Below, one piece after another: positions 1 to 7,563 of a stretch of 64,000 nucleotides of DNA; position 1 is the first letter of the stretch; every line of letters starts with the position of its first letter. The notes beneath the pieces were generated by a model. That model saw nothing but the letters and a program-made list of their open reading frames with translations, did not search any database and was not told the DNA's origin. The stretch lies in IMG/VR virus record IMGVR_UViG_3300042467_002820. One strand, written 5' to 3'. Origin of the DNA: an uncultured virus (IMG/VR IMGVR_UViG_3300042467_002820). Its lineage: Duplodnaviria > Heunggongvirae > Uroviricota > Caudoviricetes. The translations under genes and the position numbers were made by a program.

Positions 1-544
1 TACAGTTGGAGAAACTGCTTCAATCTATGGAGAGGGGGATGGATCTAACGCTGGACGTCTTGTTTTTCATACAACGGCAGGGGGCACAGCATCGGAACGC
101 GCCCGCATCGACAGCTCCGGCAGGTTGCTAGTTGGTACGTCTTCCACGTCTAGCAATACAACACTCCTTCTCCAAGGATACAGCGGTACCACTGGTCCTG
201 GTGTGTTGCGTTGCTGCACAACTACAAATGGACCAACTTCAACAGAAGACCTCGGCTATATCATGTTTGGCGATGCCACGCATGTAAATGCTGCGTGGAT
301 ACAGGCACAAAGGGATGGAGGGACTTGGACTGCTGGATCTAGCTACCCAGGCCGCCTAGTGTTCTCCGTTACTGCTGATGGGGCGTCATCACCTACCGAA
401 GCGATGCGGATCAAGAACTCCCGCATCCTTAATTTTGCCAACACGCCCACTTATGCTGACAACACAGCAGCCAAAGCCGGTGGATTGGTAGACGGTGACG
501 TTTATCGCAAGTCGGATGGCACCTTGATGATCGTCTACACCTGA
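1..544 (+). CDS. Tail fibre protein, C-terminal part (5' end outside window)
   Basis: Frame is open from base 2 (TVGETASIYGEGDGSNAGRLVFHTTAGGTASERARIDSSGRLLVGTSS...); ERxRIDSSGRLLVGT repeats match the fibre gene at 62646-64000. Confidence 0.85.
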   Translation, partial: TVGETASIYGEGDGSNAGRLVFHTTAGGTASERARIDSSGRLLVGTSSTSSNTTLLLQGYSGTTGPGVLRCCTTTNGPTSTEDLGYIMFGDATHVNAAWIQAQRDGGTWTAGSSYPGRLVFSVTADGASSPTEAMRIKNSRILNFANTPTYADNTAAKAGGLVDGDVYRKSDGTLMIVYT

Positions 545-1047
545 TGCCTGCGCCAGTTAAATCGCCTGATCCAAGCGAACTCTGGTGCTGTGGCTGTCAG
601 CAGTTTTTACCGTTTGACAGCTTCTGGCCAGATAAGCATGCAGGCGCATACCGCGTGGGTCCAGACGGCAATCGTCGCAGCGCACGTTGCAAGGAATGCC
701 GCAACAAGGAATACATCAAGATTGACCCACGCAAAAAGCTGTTGTACAACGCAAACAACAGAGCCAAGGATCGAGGGCTTGACTGCGACTTGACCGTTGA
801 CGACATCGTGATTCCTGAACTGTGCCCTGTGCTTGGCATCCCGCTTCAAGCAACAGTCGGTCAAGGCAGGGTTTCGATGAAAGACAACTGGAACGCACCG
901 ACGTTGGATCGCATTGATTCCAATGGTGGCTACACCAAAGGCAACGTCATGGTCATTTCGGCTAGGGCGAACTTCCTTAAGAACGACGCCACACTGGAAG
1001 AAATGCAGGCAATTCTTCGCTACATGGAGAGTCACCAGCCACGGTGA
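544..1047 (+). CDS. HNH-family endonuclease with Zn-binding Cys pairs
   Basis: CxxC pairs, CPVLG, PTLDRIDSNGGYTKGNVMVISARAN (HNH-like core). Confidence 0.75.
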   Translation: MPAPVKSPDPSELWCCGCQQFLPFDSFWPDKHAGAYRVGPDGNRRSARCKECRNKEYIKIDPRKKLLYNANNRAKDRGLDCDLTVDDIVIPELCPVLGIPLQATVGQGRVSMKDNWNAPTLDRIDSNGGYTKGNVMVISARANFLKNDATLEEMQAILRYMESHQPR

Positions 1048-1072
1048 CGAGTCCCCTTCTCTCGTCTGCCTG

Positions 1073-1097
1073 GCTCAGTATCAACAACTGAGCCATC
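1073..1097. other. Intergenic hairpin / inverted repeat upstream of recombinase
   Basis: TGGCTCAG-TATCAACAA-CTGAGCCA. Confidence 0.5.
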
Positions 1098-1208
1098 GCA
1101 GTCTTTGACGCTACCAAGCTGTATTTACCGTACATAGAGCGTACGGATTACCCTACTACTGTACTAATTTATTTACTGCAACAATAGGCGCTGGCTCAAC
1201 CTATCAGC

Positions 1209-2057
1209 ATGCTCCTATCCGATCTGTGGATCGCTTTCCAAACAGAACGCGCCATATCGCTTTGCCCGACAAGTCTTACATCAGACTACAAGCAAGTTAC
1301 TAAATGGCTAGCTCGCTGCCCTCAGCAGGATATTTCCCGAGCTCGTGAGATCATGATCTGGGTACTAGGTCAACAGCCAGTACTGACATCCAGACGTGTT
1401 GCTATGTATCTTAAAACAATGTATCGCTGGGCTGCGCAGGAAGACGTAGCACTTATACCGCGTAACCCGTTAGCTAGCTTCAAAATGCCCAAAGCACCTC
1501 AAAAAGATGAAGATATAATAGTAATACCGCGTAATGAAGTAGGACTTGTTCTAGCCGCATTAGAAGCTAAGCAAACGTACAAGCACGTTAACTGGGCTTT
1601 ATACACAGAGTTTATGCTCCAAACAGCTATGCGCACAGGTGAAGTCCGTGCGCTAACGTGGAACGACATTAAAGATAATCGTGTGTTAGTCCATCAAAAT
1701 TACACACTTACTCATGGAATAAAAAATAGTACAAAAACTAACAAAAAACGCTGGGTACCACTTAACCAACGCTGTCTCGACATACTATCTAGTTTACCTC
1801 AAACAGATGAGTATTTATTTCCTTGGGATCGCCTTGCCTTCCAAAGCTACTTCCGTAAAAAGCTGAGTCCGCTCAAACAAGTAGAACTAATCTCACACTT
1901 ATATCGTCCCTACGACTGTCGCCACACCGCCATCAGCCGCTGGATCGAAGCAGGGATTCCCGTACCTCAAGTCGCTGCATGGGCCGGAAATACCAGCGAG
2001 GTGATCTTCAAGCATTACTGCAACACCACCCAGGAATACGAAATGCCGGTACTATGA
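1209..2057 (+). CDS. Tyrosine recombinase/integrase (no arm-binding domain)
   Basis: TAMRTGE (R), KT (K), YDCRHT (HxxR variant), AWAGN, KHY (Y); 282 aa. Confidence 0.9.
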   Translation: MLLSDLWIAFQTERAISLCPTSLTSDYKQVTKWLARCPQQDISRAREIMIWVLGQQPVLTSRRVAMYLKTMYRWAAQEDVALIPRNPLASFKMPKAPQKDEDIIVIPRNEVGLVLAALEAKQTYKHVNWALYTEFMLQTAMRTGEVRALTWNDIKDNRVLVHQNYTLTHGIKNSTKTNKKRWVPLNQRCLDILSSLPQTDEYLFPWDRLAFQSYFRKKLSPLKQVELISHLYRPYDCRHTAISRWIEAGIPVPQVAAWAGNTSEVIFKHYCNTTQEYEMPVL

Positions 2058-2079
2058 GAAGCGAAAGCTTCCCTTACGC

Positions 2080-2397
2080 ATGGCTGACACCGTATTTGAA
2101 TGGAATGTGGCAAACATGGAGCGCCACACCTCTGATGGTGCAATTTTTACGGTTCATTATACGATTGCAGCTAGCAATGGTATCTACAGCAGCTCTGCCT
2201 ATGGCAGTGTCGGCTTAGAGCAGCCGGATCCTGCCACCATGATCCCCTACGCTGATCTCACAAAAGAAGTTGTACTCGGATGGGTGCAGGACAAGCTGGG
2301 CGGTCCCGAAAAGATCACCGAGATCGAGAACGCCCTGCAAGCCCAAATTGATGAACAACAGGCGCCTACAAAAGCTGCTGGTGTGCCATGGGCGTAA
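2080..2397 (+). CDS. Conserved phage protein typically found downstream of tail fibres
   Basis: IPYADLTKEVVLGWV...GVPW pattern; position. Confidence 0.6.
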   Translation: MADTVFEWNVANMERHTSDGAIFTVHYTIAASNGIYSSSAYGSVGLEQPDPATMIPYADLTKEVVLGWVQDKLGGPEKITEIENALQAQIDEQQAPTKAAGVPWA

Positions 2398-2495
2398 TAG
2401 TCGCCCTTGGCGCATCGCTGCTCGCCATCATAATCCTCGGTTTGATGACGTGGCAGTGGTGCCACACCTATGACTGGCAGGATCGCTACAAATAA
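2388..2495 (+). CDS. Small membrane peptide (35 aa)
   Basis: Read manually: MGVIVALGASLLAIIILGLMTWQWCHTYDWQDRYK; stop overlaps next start. Confidence 0.45.
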   Translation: MGVIVALGASLLAIIILGLMTWQWCHTYDWQDRYK

Positions 2496-2740
2496 TGGAA
2501 CGCTGGATCGTAACTAGCGGTGCAGTAATAGCGGTACTCACAGCCATTGTGGGTACCACTGTTGCTGTAGAAACACGCTACGCCAAAAGCGCTGAGGTCA
2601 AGCAGCAGCTTGAAGAGTACTACGCCAAGCAGCTCAAGCTGCGCATACTTGAAATTGACCTAAAAACAAACCCCACGCCGTCAGACAAGGCCCTACGCCA
2701 ATACCTCCAACAAGAACTCCAAAAAAGCAATGGTAGCTAA
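2495..2740 (+). CDS. Small membrane-anchored protein (lysis region)
   Basis: N-terminal hydrophobic helix followed by coiled coil. Confidence 0.55.
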   Translation: MERWIVTSGAVIAVLTAIVGTTVAVETRYAKSAEVKQQLEEYYAKQLKLRILEIDLKTNPTPSDKALRQYLQQELQKSNGS

Positions 2741-2870
2741 AGCTAAAACAGGTACTGCGCGTCTTGAGCACATACCAGGTCGCCCCAAAACCACAAGCCA
2801 GGGTTATGGCCAAAACTCTCGCCCTCGCCGTCGCGGCAAGAAAAAGCGCGTAGGCCAAGGCAAGCCATAA
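2730..2870 (+). CDS. Small basic protein (46 aa)
   Basis: Read manually: MVAKAKTGTARLEHIPGRPKTTSQGYGQNSRPRRRGKKKRVGQGKP. Confidence 0.5.
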   Translation: MVAKAKTGTARLEHIPGRPKTTSQGYGQNSRPRRRGKKKRVGQGKP

Positions 2871-2927
2871 ACCTCAACCACCTACGATCGCTACTCTGAA
2901 GTATCAGAGCGACTACCAGCCGTCCTC

Positions 2928-3218
2928 GTGACTACCCCACCACCCGCACCGCCCGAGGACTCGCGGCCACAGACTCAGCGCATCAGCCGCATCCAAGTCA
3001 TGGAAGCGACTGCCGCCGCCGTATTAGCTGCCGCCATTATCAGCACCGCCGGCGGCATGAGCTGGCTAGTAATACAACTCCCCAATAGATTACAGCAACT
3101 CGAAGGTCAAATAACCCGCATCTTAAACAACCAAGAACGCTTTGAAGGCCGTTTCGCCAACCTAGAAGAAAAAGTCCAAGAACACGACAGGCGCATCATC
3201 AAGCTGGAAATGCGATGA
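2928..3218 (+). CDS. Membrane protein with coiled coil, possible holin-like
   Basis: One TM segment plus heptad-rich C-terminus, near endolysin. Confidence 0.5.
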   Translation: MTTPPPAPPEDSRPQTQRISRIQVMEATAAAVLAAAIISTAGGMSWLVIQLPNRLQQLEGQITRILNNQERFEGRFANLEEKVQEHDRRIIKLEMR

Positions 3219-3391
3219 GCACCCTAGTTAGCACAATCGACCTCGGTGACGGCTACACCCTCGACCAGCTCTGTTCCGAGGACGGCGCCACCTACTACCG
3301 CACCTGCTTCAACAGCATCTGCCGCTACTGCGAAGACGAGTACATGAGCCGCATGTACGCCGAGCAGATGGGCTACACACCCAAGCCTTAA
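3215..3391 (+). CDS. Hypothetical protein (58 aa)
   Basis: Read manually: MSTLVSTIDLGDGYTLDQL...; ATGA overlap with upstream stop. Confidence 0.55.
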   Translation: MSTLVSTIDLGDGYTLDQLCSEDGATYYRTCFNSICRYCEDEYMSRMYAEQMGYTPKP

Positions 3392-3528
3392 GCCCCAAAC
3401 GCAGGGCCCGGGTCCCGTCCCGTCGTCACCACCGCAACCGCACGCCGGTAAAAATCACAGTCGGTCTTGCCTGATCGCTCGAGCGCAGCCTTGATCTTCG
3501 CCCAGTTCTCCCGAGTGCGGTCATCCAT
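3388..3528 (-). CDS. Small hypothetical protein (46 aa)
   Basis: Read manually: MDDRTRENWAKIKAALERSGKTDCDFYRRAVAVVTTGRDP...; start overlaps endolysin stop. Confidence 0.55.
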   Translation of the reverse strand: MDDRTRENWAKIKAALERSGKTDCDFYRRAVAVVTTGRDPGPAFGA

Positions 3529-4682
3529 TAGTACAACCACTCCGCCGCAGGCCGTGCCCCTGCGCCCGGTACGAAACCACCTCCATCCCGCGTATCTAAG
3601 TGGACAAAACCGCGGTTCCGTCCGTCACCTAACCCGCCCGTCCACCGATTGCGAATCCACTGGTAGAAGCTCTCCAGGCTCCGATCCACCGGATAGACAT
3701 CAAAAGCCTCCCCGGCGACATGCCGCGAGCCTGGTACACCACCAACCTGCGCATTGATGGGCTCCGGCCTGTAAAAGCTCGTCACCCCCAGCGGCCGACC
3801 CCACGCCTCCCTCACCCGTTGAAACTCCGCTGCCGTTCGCAGCAAGCGCGTACGCACCGAGGACGCCGACCCCGGAATCCGCCGCTTATCCCACTGCAGA
3901 ATCTCACCCACGCTGAGGTTCGGCGTCACCATGCACCCAAAATCGCTCCAGTCGACATCGCTGGCCATCCCAGGCGCGTCGGCCACCACCTTCCGCCAGT
4001 GCGGCTCAAACAGGAACCACGTTCCAGAACCGGCTGCCAACTCCACCCGCGCATGCGCATCCGCCACACACTCGGAATATGCAACCACTGCATAGTCCTT
4101 ACCCCTGGCGCAGTACACCTTCTCCTTCTCCCCGAGCTCGGCGGCCTGAACCGGCTCCTTCTTGAGCCACGTCGCCTGAACCGCTTCCACCCGATACAAG
4201 ATCGGCTTCGGACTTGCCTTCACCACAGGCGTGGCCGGGTTTTCCGTCTTCGCTCCGTTCTCCTCTACCAGCCGCAGCAGCTTGCTCGCATAATCAGGAT
4301 CCGTGGCGTAGCCCTGCTTGACCAGCTCTTTCGCTGCCGCCTCAAGCGTTGGCGCCCGATCCACACCCTCGTACTTGTCCCAGTCCTTGTACCACCGAGT
4401 CACGAGATACTTCACACATGCCCCGAGGTCGGAAAAGTCCAAAAACTCCGCCGAGATTGTGATCCACTCGCCATCCACAAACTCGCGAGTCTCATGCGTC
4501 GCACCTTGAGATCCCGCAGCCTTCAGCCCGAAGTAGTTGTGCCGCCCACTGGTGTGCTTTCCGTAACCGGACTCCAAAGCCCACTGCGCAGCTACCAGCT
4601 GCACCCACTTTGCACCGGCGTCTTTAGCCGCCTGCGCCACACCTTCCCACGTATTGGCGTAGCTCCGACTGCGTGATGCCAT
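3528..4682 (-). CDS. Endolysin: GH73 glucosaminidase plus C-terminal M15 peptidase
   Basis: AQWALESGYG, NYFGLK, GYATDPDY; SFYR..N..VGG..SRH..GEAFD...FVHLD. Confidence 0.9.
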   Translation of the reverse strand: MASRSRSYANTWEGVAQAAKDAGAKWVQLVAAQWALESGYGKHTSGRHNYFGLKAAGSQGATHETREFVDGEWITISAEFLDFSDLGACVKYLVTRWYKDWDKYEGVDRAPTLEAAAKELVKQGYATDPDYASKLLRLVEENGAKTENPATPVVKASPKPILYRVEAVQATWLKKEPVQAAELGEKEKVYCARGKDYAVVAYSECVADAHARVELAAGSGTWFLFEPHWRKVVADAPGMASDVDWSDFGCMVTPNLSVGEILQWDKRRIPGSASSVRTRLLRTAAEFQRVREAWGRPLGVTSFYRPEPINAQVGGVPGSRHVAGEAFDVYPVDRSLESFYQWIRNRWTGGLGDGRNRGFVHLDTRDGGGFVPGAGARPAAEWLY

Positions 4683-4706
4683 GAACCGACAGCGAATAGT
4701 GAAAGT

Positions 4707-4934
4707 CTACCCAACACGCTTGCGCACGCTACGCCAGTAGTTTTCTTCAGCTTTAGCCACATTAGCTTTAGCTTGCGCTACCCGGCTGCATTTCCTAGCA
4801 CCTCTTTTCTTTAAGTTCCAATCATAAAAAAACTGGGCATCCTCCACCAAACGATGAAGGAGCCCATTAGGTAAACGCTCTGCAATCCGGTTTAAGCGAG
4901 CCAACAACCGAGACCGCAGCTCGCAATCGTTCAT
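4707..4934 (-). CDS. Hypothetical protein
   Basis: ORF coupled to AbrB gene. Confidence 0.5.
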   Translation of the reverse strand: MNDCELRSRLLARLNRIAERLPNGLLHRLVEDAQFFYDWNLKKRGARKCSRVAQAKANVAKAEENYWRSVRKRVG

Positions 4935-5323
4935 CAGATAGCAGATACAGTGTTAGAACCAACTTTAGTTACCGCCGGCTTAGATCCAGCTGTTTGAGGC
5001 ACCAAGCGAATCGCATCATCCTCAATAACAATTTTGAGTTCATCGCCAGGCTCTACACCGAACTTCTCAGAATAAGTCTTGCCAACCAGAATAACCCCAG
5101 TGCGATGCACGGTGGTCATAAACTGAGCAGTCTTACCCGGCTTCTTACTGGTCTTAAGCTTCACACCCTTAGCATCAAGCAGTGCTTCGTGCAGCTTGTT
5201 GATCAACAAGCGCTCAGTACCTTTATCTGTAGTCTTCACATAGCCAGCTTCACGGGCAAGCTCGGCTTGATCCATGTCGGCATTGGCTTTCACAAACGAA
5301 AGCAGCTCCTGTCCAGTCAGCAT
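4934..5323 (-). CDS. Cyanobacterial-type AbrB-like transcriptional regulator
   Basis: LTGQELL..V...ELAREAGY...EALLDAKG; V...G.ILVGKTY....GVEPGDE..I. Confidence 0.85.
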   Translation of the reverse strand: MLTGQELLSFVKANADMDQAELAREAGYVKTTDKGTERLLINKLHEALLDAKGVKLKTSKKPGKTAQFMTTVHRTGVILVGKTYSEKFGVEPGDELKIVIEDDAIRLVPQTAGSKPAVTKVGSNTVSAI

Positions 5324-5364
5324 CGGTCAAAAAACGCTACAAGCACAGCCTAACACCTAAATCG

Positions 5365-7314
5365 CTATTTGGCGTCAGCCCAGGTAGTACCAAAAGACGC
5401 TTCTGCCACGATAGGTACCTGCTGACAAACCACCGAACCAGCAGCTTCCATGGCAGCTGCTAAGCGTTTCGCCCATTTGTCTACCACCTCCTCTTCGACC
5501 TCGAGGACGATCTCGTCGTGCACCATTGCGATAAGCAGCGCTTCGCCTGCCCGGGCTGCGTTGATTTGCTTCCATATCATGGCAAGAGCTATCTTAGCAA
5601 TATCTCCCGCAGTACCTTGTACCTGCGTGTTGATACGAGTTGTGTATTTATCGTTAAACCCTGTTAGTATGCGCCTCCGTCCATACCTAGTAAATACAGC
5701 TCGTGTTGTCTTATTACCTTCTTCAGTTTGCCACTTATATAGCTGCGGGTAGGCTTCCCTAAACCCAGTAACTAGCTCCTGTGCTTCTTCTAGCGCCATA
5801 TCCACACCATACTGTGCGACAGCTTGCTTCCTCAACGTAGCAGCTCCAGCCCCGTACAAAAGTCCAAAATTACAAAGCTTGGCTGATGTCCGTTCTTTCT
5901 TAGTAATACTATCAGCACTTTTACCTGTTACCAAAGCTGCAGTTTCCGTATGCAGATCCCTACCAGCACGGTACGCGGCAAGCATGCGCTCCTCCCCCGA
6001 AAGCTCCGCTGCTACACGCAGCTCCACCTGTGAGAAGTCGGCCACCACCAAGCAGTAGCCCTCCCGAGCTCGGAAAAGACAGCGAAATTCAGCCTCCCGC
6101 GGCACCTGCTGCAGGTTCGGCGAAGAACAGCTGAGCCTGCCTGTTTCCGTACCCATCTGCCTATACCCGGCATGAATCCTGCCATCCGGCCCGATCGATT
6201 CCAGCAGCTTCTCAATATGAGACACGCGAGTCACAGCCACCTTCCACTGCATGTACATCTCCACGAGCTCGTGCTCACCTTTCAGAAACGCCAGCAAGTT
6301 CTGATCCAGGCTCGGTGCCCCCTTCTCATCCGGCGGCAGCAATATCCCCGCTTGCTCGAAGCGCTCTGCCATCTGCTTCGGCGAGCGCGGATTGAAGCCC
6401 TTGTAGCGCTTCGTCCCTAAGCGAATCGACCCTGAGTCCTTCTCCCGGGTGTTCAGCGTCCCATCGTCATCGCGCGGTAGCCACACCCCAGGCTCATCCG
6501 GGTTCTCCCGCTTGATGGCCTCATCCAGGGCCTCAAGGAACACAGTCTTAAGTGTCTCAGCGTTGTCTTGCAATGAGACTTGCAGAGCTGCGGCAGCCAC
6601 CGCGTCGAACCCAAACCCGTTCCACTGCATCCGTGCAATCGGACGTAGCGCCATCATCTCCAGCCGAAAGACGTCCCACAACGTCACCGAGGGCGACACC
6701 TCGGAGTCTTTCAGTGCCTCCACAAGCGCTGGCACCATCCGTGGAAGGCACACAGCGTCTCGTGCTGCGTAGCGCACCATCTCATCCGAGATCTCGCCAC
6801 TCCAGTCCGCCTTCTGCAACTCCTTGTCGAGCGGCACCTTCAGCACTCGGTTCACCAAGCTTCCGAGATCGTTCTTGGCTCCTGTGCCGTTGTTGACCAC
6901 CTTGGCGGCCACCATCGTGTCGAAGATCGATCCCCCGAGCTCGACGCCCTCCCCAGCAAGGAAGTTCAAGTCAAACGCCGCGTTCTGCAGCACTTTGTGC
7001 TTCGGTCCCTCAAGCAGCGCCTTGAGCTGCTGCAGCCCAGGTGCATCCCACGGAAGCTGACGCTTGCCGTCCTCGCGCCACGCCTCCACGTCCACAACCA
7101 AGGCGTAGTCGCAACTCGCGACTTGGATGAGACGCACGCGATTTGCCAGCGGATCAAGGCCGGTGGTCTCCGTATCCACGCCAAGCGGGCCGGTCACTTC
7201 CCCGAGCTCGGAAACCCTGCGGGCCAGCAACGCTGCTGCCTGTGGCCCCCGGATAAAGTCGAAATCAACATTATCTAAAGCTTCTTTGTGCGCGAGCGAT
7301 TCAGTTGAGGGCAT
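5365..7314 (-). CDS. polA: Family A DNA polymerase with 3'-5' exonuclease
   Basis: DTETTGL (ExoI), YAARD, TGRLS, DFSQVELR (motif A), K..NFGLLYG (motif B), VHDE (motif C). Confidence 0.95.
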   Translation of the reverse strand: MPSTESLAHKEALDNVDFDFIRGPQAAALLARRVSELGEVTGPLGVDTETTGLDPLANRVRLIQVASCDYALVVDVEAWREDGKRQLPWDAPGLQQLKALLEGPKHKVLQNAAFDLNFLAGEGVELGGSIFDTMVAAKVVNNGTGAKNDLGSLVNRVLKVPLDKELQKADWSGEISDEMVRYAARDAVCLPRMVPALVEALKDSEVSPSVTLWDVFRLEMMALRPIARMQWNGFGFDAVAAAALQVSLQDNAETLKTVFLEALDEAIKRENPDEPGVWLPRDDDGTLNTREKDSGSIRLGTKRYKGFNPRSPKQMAERFEQAGILLPPDEKGAPSLDQNLLAFLKGEHELVEMYMQWKVAVTRVSHIEKLLESIGPDGRIHAGYRQMGTETGRLSCSSPNLQQVPREAEFRCLFRAREGYCLVVADFSQVELRVAAELSGEERMLAAYRAGRDLHTETAALVTGKSADSITKKERTSAKLCNFGLLYGAGAATLRKQAVAQYGVDMALEEAQELVTGFREAYPQLYKWQTEEGNKTTRAVFTRYGRRRILTGFNDKYTTRINTQVQGTAGDIAKIALAMIWKQINAARAGEALLIAMVHDEIVLEVEEEVVDKWAKRLAAAMEAAGSVVCQQVPIVAEASFGTTWADAK

Positions 7315-7338
7315 ACTCAGTTAAATGCGAGTGTTTGC

Positions 7339-7560
7339 ATGGACAACATTGCCTTTAGCTTTGCGCAAGAAGCAGCACTGCGGCAAGTCGATGAGTGCAC
7401 CAATATAGCAGATCTAAAAGCTCTAGCTAAGAGTCTCATTAAGTCTCACTTTACATCTCGCAGCTTCATAGCAACGCTACTGCTGCGAGATGCCGCGACC
7501 CCCGTTCACCCGAGCTACCTGACCGAGCTCGATGACGAGCTTCCTTGGCGCCAGGGATGA
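7339..7560 (+). CDS. Hypothetical protein
   Basis: 73-aa ORF between convergent/divergent replication genes. Confidence 0.5.
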   Translation: MDNIAFSFAQEAALRQVDECTNIADLKALAKSLIKSHFTSRSFIATLLLRDAATPVHPSYLTELDDELPWRQG

Positions 7561-7563
7561 GCC

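Noticed and set aside
1048..1208. Definite attP site
   Set aside because: Dyads and an AT-rich tract are present, but no tRNA-like core or arm repeats can be identified without the host sequence
5365..7314. Intein or intron in polymerase (also checked TerL and primase-helicase)
   Set aside because: Lengths and motif spacing are normal; no splice-junction motifs or frame breaks
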